Assembly (NCBI GenBank): GCA_964106645.2
Contig: OZ067052.1
Reading direction: 5' to 3' (one strand)
Source of the DNA: Podarcis pityusensis
Lineage: Eukaryota
DNA: 64,000 nt
Shown here: positions 12,892 through 23,294 of the stretch, one piece after another
Layout: every line of letters starts with the position of its first letter
Numbering within the stretch: the first letter of the stretch is position 1
Translations under genes and position numbers: made by a program
Notes under the pieces: generated by a model
The model's input: only the letters and a program-made list of their open reading frames with translations
What the model was told of the DNA's origin: nothing
Databases searched by the model: none

Positions 12892-13365
12892 TGTTGTTGT
12901 TTAGTCGTGTCCGACTCTTCGTGACCCCATGGACCAGAGCACGCCAGGCACTCCTGTCTTCCACTGCCTCCCACAGTTTGGTCAAACCCATGTTGGTCGC
13001 TTCAAGAACACTATCAAACCACCTCGTCCTCTGTCGTCCCCTTCTCCTTGTGCCCTCCATCTTTCCCAACATCAGGGTCTTTTCCAGGGAGTCTTCTCAT
13101 GATGTGGCCAAAGTATTGGAGCCTCTGCTTCAGGATCTGTCCTTCCAATGAGCACTCAGGGCTGATTTCCTTCAGAATGGAGAGGTTTGATCTTCTTGCA
13201 GTCCATGGGACTCTCAAGAATCTCCTCCAGCACCATAATTCAAAAGCATCAATTCTTCGGCGATCAGCCTTCTTTATGGTCCAGCTCTCACTTCCATACA
13301 TCACTACTGGGAAAACCATAGCTTTAACTATATGGACCTTTTTTTGGCAAGGTGGTGTCTTTGCT
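12892..13365 (-). mobile_element. 5'-truncated BovB (RTE clade) LINE 3' end
   Basis: Frameshifted ORF remnants VFPVVMYGSESWTIKKADRRRIDAFELWCWRR...LQYFGHIMRR and LGKMEGTRRRGRQRTRW...WRALVHGVTKSRTRLN, followed by a (CAA)n tail. Confidence 0.93.
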
Positions 13366-13874
13366 CACTTCATTGGCGCAAGGATTTATGATAGTGCAAT
13401 GGAACTCTGCAGCATTTTCCAAGTCTGTTGTGGGGTTCCCACAACCCCCCAGTACAGATCTGGAGAGGGTGTGAGGCGTGCATAGGAGGGTGAGAGCAGG
13501 GGGAGTTTGTGTCACAAGCAAAATACTTGCACTAACGGAATGAGTGCTCTGGATATAGCCTTATGGCTTCCAGGCCCAGTTATTCATGGACGTATTCAAT
13601 GATGCACTTCTTTTGCCCCACTACTGCCCCCCCCCCAAAAAAAAACCCCTCCACTTTCTTCTGGACAACTCTGTAAACAGTTACAGAGACAAATCTTTTT
13701 ATTAGTAATTCTACTGTTAACTGGAAAACTTCAAGCAACAACTTCTGATGGGCTCAATCCAGTGCTGGATATGATGTCACACTACAGCAGTAATAGGAAA
13801 CAATTTTCAGCCTAAGGGCCAAAGACCTTCATGGTCAACTTTCTGAATTGTGGGTGAGGCCAAAGGCACAAGAT

Positions 13875-14010
13875 CAGGCACAGGCAAATTCGGCCCTCCA
13901 GATGTCTTGGGACTACAACTCCCATCATCCCTAGCTAACAGGACCAGTGGTCAGGGATGATGGGAACTGTAGTCCCAAAGCATCTGGAGGGCCAAGTTTG
14001 CCTATGCCTG
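13875..14010. mobile_element. Palindromic hAT (Charlie-like) MITE, 136 bp
   Basis: Almost entirely self-complementary (CAGGCACAGGCAAA...TTTGCCTATGCCTG); perfect 8-bp TSD cacaagat. Confidence 0.92.
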
Positions 14011-16988
14011 CACAAGATGGATTGGGCCTTTGCACAATAGGCTATATTCCAGCCTTGCAAAAGTCAGAGGTTTCTGTAAACCCACATCTGCCCACGCTCC
14101 ATTCAGGAGAGCTAGAGACATAATCACAGCTGAAGAACACATTCCAGCTAAGTAAAGTCCAATGGGGAAGATAGGGAGGGTGGCCTAGACAGAGTTGTAT
14201 AGAGAAGCACCCTCAATGGGTTGTGGCATTTGCCATGGCTGTACAACACAACATCAGATACAGAGCACATTGTGATGGATAAGTGGTGTGAAGGAAATAT
14301 AAATATATGCATAGTATTATATAGCAGTGGAATAAATATCCTACACTTAAAAGCAGATATCTTGGCCAACTGTGTTGGTGTTGTTTTAATAGACAGTTAT
14401 ATTTCAGTCTCAGCTGCACATTCAACTTAAACATTTTGCACGCACACACCAAAAGAAAACTTCTTTCAAGGCAAATTCACAAACAGTTCCAGACACAGTG
14501 AATAGATTGCTACCAGCCTTTGTATAAGCAAGTCCAAAACAGACTAATAGCTTGCAACTGACTCAATCTTTTGCTAGCTATGATGTCATACTACAGCAAC
14601 TAATCAACCCTTTCCTGTATCATCATCGTAATCAATTTATTATCATTAATTTGTGAATCGGCTTCTAAACCACTGCCTCAATTAAAACAAGACTAAAAAC
14701 CTAACAAGTGGACTCCTGAGGTAAAGACCCATTTATCCACATGGGAAAACCTGTCAGAACAAAAACATATTGAATTGTTTCCAGAAAGTACAGATTGTGG
14801 GTGCCTGTCGTATCTCTGCAGGGCTGCTAGCTATTCCACAAGACAGGAGCAGCTATGCTAAAAGCCCTGCTCTAAATTCCTTCAGGTTGGGTTCCTGAGA
14901 TCTTTGGCATTCACACAACAAACTCTCCTGAAGACCACAGCAATCTACTGGGTATATACATCTGTAATAAGTAAGTGGTTCAGTTGACAGGTGTGCTCAG
15001 TTCCTCTATGGGCTGGCATCACCATTCCCATGGCCACAAGCGGCTCAGCAGCTTCTTAGAGGTCTAAGAAGTTTTGAGGGACATAGAGCCAGCTAAACTC
15101 AGGCCTGGCCCTACAATGAGACAGGCATCTGCCTCAGGTGGCAGATGCCAAGGTACAGGATGTGGTCAGAGCTTGGGTGCCCTGTACCCATTACGCTAGC
15201 CTGCTGCCCTCTAGTCAGTGGCAGACACTATTCTTCCATGAGTATAGCAGTAAGAGTCAACTAGCAGTCCAATTGGTTTGTAGAAGGGCACCATATTGTC
15301 CCTCAAGCAGCAAAATGCCTCGAGCCAGCCCTGGCTTAACCCCACAGCAACTCCCTGCAAAGGAAACAGGACAGTCTATCATGGCTCCCCTCTCCCCATT
15401 GTAGGCTCAGCCGCTCACTTTCCACTTGGCAATTTCTTCCTCTGTTCCACCGTGCAGAGTTTTCAGTACTGCTCGTTCCACTCTCCGGCAGCCCACTTCC
15501 TTCATATCCATCTTCATCGTGACTTGCGACTGCAGCAACCCTGCTGTTCTGACGCTGGAGCCCTCCCTTTATTCAAATTAACTGTGGGAGAGCTAAGCGC
15601 AGCCTAGTTAAGTTGGGCCCTAAGGGGATTGCAGTCTAGTGGACTATTACTCCTGTCTCAGTTCATTATAATGAATAATAAAGAGATACTTACACACGTT
15701 TTTTGGTAAATTATTCATTGCATGGACTGGAAAAAATCAGGGCAGTAATATGTAAAACAGACAACTTGCATGTCTGTGTTCATATAAATATCTAGCATAA
15801 AGCCCTTCAAGGAACTCGGCGGTCTCCTCATTAAAGATGAAGTACAAGGATCACGGTTTGAAGAGACAATCAGGATGCCTTCATGCTGTCTTTGTGCAGT
15901 GGGTGGAAAGAGGAAAAAAAAGGAAACTCTGATGTGTAAATTCTGACTTTGTGCAAGGCCAAATGGTTTTCTCTTTCTTCCTTTCTCCCTCATTCTGAGC
16001 CTTTACTTATTTATTTATTTATTTGGTATTTATGTATAGATTCAACTGCTACAAACAGGGCTGTGTGCCCTTTCTCACAGAAGACAAAAAAAAAAAAAAT
16101 CCAATCCAAAATCTGCTGCCCTCCCTGCCGCCAAATAATAGAGTCAGATTATGTGACTTTTCTGCACAGAGAATATTTGTGTCATGTTCCTCCCCCCCAC
16201 CCCATGGCATAATTTATTCCACAGTGGTTATTCTTTATTTATTGACTGCATTTATATCCCACTCTTTTTATGCTTCAAAGTAATATGAAGATTCCGTCTT
16301 CCTAGAAGAAGCTTAGGATGTTTCTCAGTTTGTGACTTGTTTTATTTGCCCAGGAAGGCAAATAATGTGACCCATGAGAGCAGCAAATTAACCAGAGTGT
16401 ACAACTGTGATGGAATAAAATTAGGACAAATCTTTATTGACAGCAGCAGGCAGGGCAAGGGTTGGCATGGCATTGGATCCCAGGATCAGTTCATCATTCC
16501 ACAAGCCCCATGTTGATGGAATGGATCTGCTGGGTTTGGATCACTCCAAACCTGTATGACGGGAGTCTACCAGTGTTGAACCTTGCCATGGTATAAGCCG
16601 AACAAGCAAGGTCTCCCTGAGGGAGCAGGGTGCAGATTCCAACCAGACAGATACTGAACCCACGCTTGGGTTTGCTGTGGTCAATCCTCCCCTCAGGCCC
16701 CTTATGCCACCCCCCCCCCCCGTAATATGCTGACCCTGCCCAATGCCATTTTTGCCCTCATACAAACAATGTTCTTCTGCCTAACAACAGACAGTCATAA
16801 TTTTACTGAGGGAAAGACAGAAAAAACGCCAACTATGTGCCAATCAGGTTGAGAGAGAAAAGAAATTCATTTCCGGCCCTGTCAACCAGTGACCCAAAAT
16901 TGCTCAGTGAAGTTTCTAACAACAGGGTGGGTGGGCAAGAAGCTCTCAAAGCAAAATTGTTGAAAGCTTCAGGGGAATCAGCTTTATA

Positions 16989-17685
16989 CAGTGGAACTTT
17001 GGGTTATGTACTGTTCTTCTTACGAACGCTTCGGGTAACGAACTCCGCTAACCTGGAAGTAGGTGTTCTGGGTAGCAAACTTTGCCCTGGGCAGCAGCGT
17101 AGCGTGGGTTGTCAGCACCCGGGGCAAGGCAAGTAATTTGTGCCTCCTAACCTGGGGCAAGGCAAGTAATTTGCGCCCCCTAACCCCTAACCTGCCGCCG
17201 CTGCCAGCTTCTTCTTGCTGCTGCCTGGGCTGGTCTGGTGTGGTTCTCTCCCGCGCTCAGCGCTGCGCTGGGCAGCCGCTGCACTGTCCCTTCCCCAGAT
17301 AGTCCCTCGCTCTCTCTCCGCACCGCAAGCCTGGCACCCACCCCCTCCACAGTGGGCGGCGACCCAGCGGCTCGGATCGGATTCACACAGCCAGCACTGC
17401 AGTGAGAGAGAGTGAGTGAGCCAGGTAGGGGCAGAGAGCTGCGAGTGTGAGCGCCCCCCCCCCGATGTTGCGCCCAGTGCGGCCGGCCCCCCCTGCACCC
17501 CCCACGCTACGCCACTGGCCCTGGGATGTGAGCGGAAGTCTCATGGCGGCAGCGGGAGGCCCCATTAGTGAAAGTGCACCTCAGGTTAAGAACAGTTTTG
17601 GGTTAAGAACGGACCTCTGGAACGAATTAAGTTCATAATTAACTTCAGAATGAACTTCAGAATTAAGTTCATACAGGTACCACTG
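16989..17685. mobile_element. Tc1/mariner (Tigger-like) MITE, inverted relative to the 3363 copy and carrying a nested hAT MITE
   Basis: TA-CAGTGG...GGTACCACTG-TA; 17526-17637 is the reverse complement of the 3363-family left part. Confidence 0.85.
17092..17517. mobile_element. GC/CpG-rich hAT MITE nested in the Tc1 MITE
   Basis: 17-bp TIRs CAGCAGCGTAGCGTGGG / CCCACGCTACGCCACTG; perfect 8-bp TSD gccctggg. Confidence 0.9.
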
Positions 17686-17860
17686 TATAGGCTTTTCCCT
17701 CTCCTCTTCAGCAAGGGGTCATGGGACAGATTTTTCCCATGAACCCATCACACAGAGAAGATACTGAGCAAAACCTTGCCCAGTACTTTGCTGTAATCCA
17801 TGGGCCACAGGGCCACCGGGCAAAGGTGTCCCATGCTTATTGGGCACAGAACAGGGCTTT

Positions 17861-18057
17861 TACTTATTTATTGCATTTGCATCCTACCTTCCACCCCCCT
17901 CCAAACAGATCCCCACAACAACCCTGTGAGGTAGGTAGGGCTGAGAGGCAGTGACAGGCCTTGAGTCACCCAGTGAGCTTCATGGCAGAGTAGGAATTTG
18001 AACCCTGGTTTCCCAAGTCTTGGTCTGACACTCTAACCACTATGCCACACTGACTCT
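17861..18057 (-). mobile_element. tRNA-derived SINE with MIR/L2-like body and tail (Squam3-like)
   Basis: Reverse complement gives gtggcatagtggttagagtg...ggttcaaattcc...ctgggtgac...cctacctacctcacagggttgttgtg...aataaataa; homologous to 37150-37366. Confidence 0.8.
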
Positions 18058-18924
18058 ATTCTGCAGACACTATGGAGGTTATGATAGTCATAAGAGCAGC
18101 AAAGACACCATAGCCAGGCCTCACCTTCTACCACTGAAAATCTTATTTAGTAATTTCTCTGGCTTTTTTTAGATTTCAGCATGCATTGCCTATACTTTTT
18201 GTAAAGATGGGGGAGAAAATTGATTGCTGGGGACTTTAAAATGAAGGAAAGAAATCACAAACTGATGTAGAAATACAGAGAAATGAACTTAATATTTTTT
18301 GGAGGGGAGGAGGGATGAGAAAGCAAGAGAAACTGAGATTGAGATGTTCACCAATCCCAAGCAGGGAACCAAATGTTGTATTTGAACCACATTTTTCTGT
18401 GTTTTTTTTTTCAGAAAGTGCAGGTGGGCGGATAGCAAGCTTAGTTTATTTGCATTCAAATGCATTCCTACTCTTAAATAAGTTTGTCTGCCCAAAATGG
18501 AGGTATAAAAATAAAAAAGCAGGTGCTAAATAATTCTACCGAGTGCCACTATAATTCTTGCTCAGAAACCACTGTCACTTAGCTTGCTTAAGCCTATGGT
18601 GTTTCCTCTTCATCCCTCTTTCTAACCTTTCCCCAATTGACCAGGATTATGACAAAGCCCCCATTCAATGAGGGCCTAAAGAGATACCTTCAAAGTCTTT
18701 AGATTCAACAGACAAGCTCCAACAAAGCTCGACACTGAATCAAGTCAGGAGGTTTCCCCTAGAAAGGATCCAATTAAAGCAAATGCAAACCTCACATTAA
18801 CGTTCTCTTGGAGGTTTCCAGTCCGTCTCTAAAATAATCATGCTACTGTAAAATACACAAAAAAGAGAAGAGAAATCAAACTCCAGAGTTCCCAAAGGAA
18901 TGGAAATTGCCCCGGTGCTGCTAG

Positions 18925-19460
18925 GTTTTGTTATTTACACGGCCTTCACCCGAAGTTCCCAGGGTGGGTAACAATGTTAAAACACAAGTTTATAAACTGT
19001 TTGAAGCAACTTAAAATCACAGGCATCATTTTAAAATATACATCGCAAGGGTCGAGAGCAGGTCCTGCTAGTGTCTCTATTTTCCAGGGACTGTCCCGGA
19101 TTTACAGTAGCCGTCCCAGTTTCTGATTTGATCCTGGAATGTCTTGCTTTTCTTCAGGGCGTCCCTATTTTCACTGGAGAAATGTTGGAGGGTATGCAAA
19201 AGCTTGGGTAAAGAGACATGTCTTCAGCATTCTCTGGAAGCTGTATGATGAAGGTGCCAGACACTCCCTGTGGGGAGTTCCACAACTTAAGGGCTACCAC
19301 AGAGAAGGCCCTGCCCTGGGCCCCACATGCACTTGAGCCTCTGAAGGTGTAGGAAATAGCAAGAGGGTCTGAGGATCTTAGCACCTAACAGGGTCTGTGG
19401 GGAAGGAGGCAGTTTCCTATCTATTTCAGGCCAAAGTCAATAAGGTTGTTGGGGTCTAAG
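18925..19460 (-). mobile_element. L2-clade LINE 3' fragment
   Basis: Minus-strand translation contains RAFSVVALKLWNS (L2 ORF2 C-terminal RAFSV-AP-LWNSLP motif). Confidence 0.7.
19059..19196. mobile_element. Short hAT-like MITE (CATACCCTCCAAC end family), simple form
   Basis: Reverse complement of 48217-48353; TIR-like ends; sits inside the L2 fragment; TSD not clear. Confidence 0.75.
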
Positions 19461-20174
19461 GCATTCATTCTGTGTGGAGACTGAAATAACTTCTTTGATG
19501 GCAGGAGTAGTCAGTGAGGAGGAGAGGTTAGCACACCTGGCCTCCAGGAGTGAAGGGGAAGCAATGTGTCAGGGAGGTCAGTGCTGTGGGGAGCATTGGC
19601 AGGAGCACTGAGTTGGCTCCATTGGTGTGCCTGCACAGCACTGATCTCCTTGGCTGTTCTCCTCCATATGTTCTAGTAAGTGGTATCAGCTGTGCTGCCA
19701 GAAGGCCAGGTCAACAGTGGTGCAACCAACTCACCAGCTGCTTCTGCTTTATAAAACCTCTTCACTGCTTCAAACAATTCACCGGGGGGGGGGGGTAGTT
19801 CTGCAGCAGTGGCTTGTTTTGCAATGCACTACTGGAACTCTTGACACCCACATGACCTTGAAATGTCCACAGACATGGTTGGTGAAATATGATCTCTGTA
19901 ACTCGTACCATTGAGCAACCAGATCAGTACAGATCACCTAGTTTGGCAGGGATGAGGAGCGACATAGCCTGATAAAGAACACTAGGGAACTCAGAAACTT
20001 GCACTCTGTAGTTGGCACATTGCTGGACTAAATAAAGGTCTTGCCCTAATGTGGACTTTGGATTTCTTCCCTTAATGGCCAACACAACCACCTTTGGTTT
20101 TTTTGTGTAACTTGAAGACAAAACTTAGACATTCAGCTGTGAGATCCTAAAGTGAAGGAAGATGAATGTTTACT

Positions 20175-20338
20175 NNNNNNNNNNNNNNNNNNNNNNNNNN
20201 NNNNNNNNNNNNNNNNNNNNNNNNNNNNNNNNNNNNNNNNNNNNNNNNNNNNNNNNNNNNNNNNNNNNNNNNNNNNNNNNNNNNNNNNNNNNNNNNNNNN
20301 NNNNNNNNNNNNNNNNNNNNNNNNNNNNNNNNNNNNNN
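20175..20338. other. Assembly gap (164 N)
   Basis: Run of N. Confidence 1.
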
Positions 20339-20542
20339 ACCAACAAAATAGAACCGGAGTCCTATTCCATTATTCCTTGCTGGAGTATTCCGGCGACCGG
20401 CCTGCTTTGAACACCCTAATTTTTTCAAAGTAAATGCTTCGGACCCCCGGGACACTCAGTTACGAGCGCCGAGAGGCAGGGGCTGGGACAGGTGGTAGCT
20501 TGCCTCGCGGCGGACCGCCAACTCGATCCCAAGATCCAACTA

Positions 20543-20544
<2 letters not shown>
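20339..20544 (-). rRNA. Dispersed, degenerate 18S rRNA fragment (V4 region; pseudogene), truncated by the gap
   Basis: Reverse complement reads GTAGTTGGATCTTGGG...GGTCCGCCGCGAGGC...TTTACTTTGAAAAAATTAGGGTGTTCAAAGCAGGCC...GGAATAATGGAATAGGAC...GGTTCTATTTTGTTGGT, i.e. conserved eukaryotic SSU motifs with point mutations and a small deletion. Confidence 0.92.

Positions 20545-20571
<27 letters not shown>
20545..20571. repeat. Poly-T (27 nt)
   Basis: Homopolymer abutting the 18S fragment. Confidence 0.95.
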
Positions 20572-20573
<2 letters not shown>

Positions 20574-20794
20574 TGGAGGATGCATTTCCTTCAGCAGCCA
20601 CGGTGGAGTAACAATGGGTTGGAATGTGTCCACAAATTCTGATAACCCCTGTGTGGCGTGCATGTAGAAACCAGCCTACTCCACCAACAGGTGAAATTGG
20701 CATGTTTTGCTCTGACCCATTTGCCTCTGGCTCTGCCCACCACTGGCATGTGGCCCCCAGAACATTGCCTGGAAGGGAATGTGGCCCTGCATTC

Positions 20795-20865
20795 TAGCCT
20801 GATGAGATCAAAAGCTTGCACAATATTCTGTGGCATTTTAGATGACTTATTAAAGGTATTGCTGT
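20795..20865 (+). mobile_element. Penelope-like element terminal remnant with a degenerate hammerhead motif
   Basis: gcctgatgagatcaaaagcttgcac...attaaaggtatt resembles the recalled reptile PLE end (ctgatga...cgaaagctt...aataaaggtat). Confidence 0.45.
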
Positions 20866-21859
20866 AATGTTATTTGTTTATTTACAATTAAACAGAACAG
20901 CTAACCCAGTTCTTTGCAGAGTTGGTTCTAAAATTGTCCACTTCCACAGCATGTTTCTTATACAAATAAATGACCAGGTCTCCATATTTTGCTGTCAAGA
21001 TTTCCGGGAATCTTAGGACAAATCACTACAGGAGTGGGGCCCTTAGGGGTTTTTTTTTGGGGGGGAGAAGATTTTAATGACCCCCCTCCATGCAAAGGGT
21101 TCCTCACTGATGGATTGTTCCTTTCCATCTTACAGCCCCTCTGGTCACAGAGTGGATGAGACCCAATGGCATTCCGTTCTTGGAGTGGGGGGCAGAGGGA
21201 GAAAGGGAAGATTTATTTGCCATCATCAGAAATAAACACAGTTCCTCAGAAGTAAACACAAAAGAATAGGACCTGGCTGGGTTCCCAACTCGTTAAAGAT
21301 GCAAATTAGAAACAGGCCATCAAAACATGAGGTTGCGCTAATCCTTGCTCAACAACACAAATCGTCAAATTAGCCTCCAGTACAATGACATTTGTGGCAT
21401 GTAGTGCCAGGTTTAATACAATAGGTCCTAGAGGGAAGGATGGGGCCTATCCAGCTTCCGCTTTGTCACCAGTGATATTTATTCATGGTAATGAGGACAG
21501 AAGGCTCTTAGCCTTAACTCCCAATCCCTTCTGCTGGCACAGTTGCTGCTAATGCAGCCACAGGTTTATCCTTCCATTTATTGGAAAACTTCCATTCAAG
21601 TTCCTTCTCCAAGTTTCTTGGCACTTTTCTTATCAGCCGTGTGAAGGCTCAGAGTTTTCATAGAGTAAGAAAGTCATTTATTCAAACCATGGGAAGTGCT
21701 GGAGGTGGGTCAGGCTCTTCTGGGTAGCTGCTTAAGTGCACAAGAAGAGTCTGGGTGGATCAGACCAAAGACCTATATAATCCAATAATCCAGCAATCTG
21801 TTCTCATAGTGGCCAACCAGATGCCTGTATGGGAAGCCTTACAAGAAGGACAGGCTGCC

Positions 21860-22050
21860 AGTTCATTTATGGGCCTGAGTTAAGATGCCCACTCTAGTGT
21901 TCAAAGCCCTAAGGAACATAGGTCCCAGATATCTGAAAGATCCCTCTGTTCCTTCCCGACAGACTTTGTCGGGTATTAGGATCAAGAGGGGAGGCCCTAT
22001 TGGTTATTCCACCTGCCTCTGAGGTTCAGGAGAGATCTTCTCCATGGAAA
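21860..22050 (+). mobile_element. L2 LINE ORF2 remnant
   Basis: ctgccagttc...aaagccctaaggaacataggtcccagatatctgaaagat resembles the L2 LP...KAL-GLGP-YLKD coding pattern. Confidence 0.55.
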
Positions 22051-23007
22051 AACTGTAATTCATTTTCAGGGAAAAGATATTATTAATTATATAGCTGATT
22101 TTGCTTCTGCAAAAGCAAAAGTGACGTCTCATAATTTCAGCCCAGAGCATGTATTTTTTGTTTTAATGTTAATAAATGGAATGGACGTTTTATGTCCACA
22201 CATATACTGTCAAGTATTTACCATGAGTTACAGTCTGTGCAATGAAGATCTTGACTTGCACAGGATTTTGCTTAGGAACACATTTCCTTGGGGGGTAAGC
22301 CCTATTAAACATAGTGGGACTTATTTCTGAGTCGACACACAGAAGATTGTGTTGTTCATCTCCTGATGCCAAAGAGATTTAATAACCAAACCTACCCAGC
22401 ATGCTGCTCAGTCTCCTAGCCCTTGGCAGTCGAGCAATAAGGAAGCATTCACTGGGCACAATTGCTGTGTGCAAGGTGCTCTGGGTAAAGCCTGCTTCTC
22501 ACTGATGGTACCCATTTCCTGCTGTACAGAACAGAGAACACGACTGAACCTACTGAACCTCTTTTCAGTGCCAGGACACAATCTCAGAATACATGGGTTT
22601 AAATTTTAAAAATGAAAGTCATTTTGAGCACGTACAGAATGTCTTTTCTTCATCACCAATTAACCACACCATCAACCATCACATGCTTCTACTGTCAAGG
22701 GATGTGATTGTCCAAGCAACCTGCATGTTGTGTTTAGGGACAGTTAACTAACTGTGCAACATTCTCTTAAGTGCAACCCAGTTTCCACATCACCCATCCA
22801 TATCCATCTCTCTCTCTCCCTTTACCCTAAAACAAGCCCTGCTGCAGGATTGTGGGTTGAGCCCTGCCAAAGAGGGCCATTAACAAGCACAGCTTAAGAT
22901 TTCCAAGGCAGGGCTGGGTCCTTGCACCTTGAATTTTACAACTTATGAACCAGCCAAAACAGTTAACCTGGGCATGTTGTGCTTGACTTAATATAATAAT
23001 GAACAAA

Positions 23008-23294
23008 CAGTGGAGGCTGCTCCTTAAAGTGTACCCTATCCACCTCTGTCCACCCTAATCCAGCCTCTACCTGCCTGCTTTCTTACCTACAGCCAGGCCA
23101 AGGGGTGGTACTGCATGCCACCTTCTTCTTCCTCAACCTCAGGGTGGCCCTTGTAGACCCCAGCAAGAAAGGAGAGGACTGGGAGACAATTAGAATGAGT
23201 TGGCTCCACCTATCAAAGGTTCTGGCGCCATCTACTGCTGGCTTCCCCAACTTTCTTCCACTCTTCCAGTCCCAACAGGATCCAGCCACTACTG
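23008..23294. mobile_element. hAT-type MITE
   Basis: CAGTGGAGGCTG...CAGCCACTACTG ends; 8-bp TSD tgaacaaa/tgaacaca. Confidence 0.75.

Noticed and set aside
16406-16787. Possible minus-strand solo LTR (TG...CA ends, AATAAA on the minus strand near 16435)
   Set aside because: No convincing TSD (acaac vs acaga) and no second copy in the window
20147-20455. ORFs spanning N runs (also 31733-31963)
   Set aside because: Artefacts of assembly gaps
21299-21306. Octamer ATGCAAAT (also 9299-9306)
   Set aside because: A few such AT-rich 8-mers are expected by chance in 64 kb
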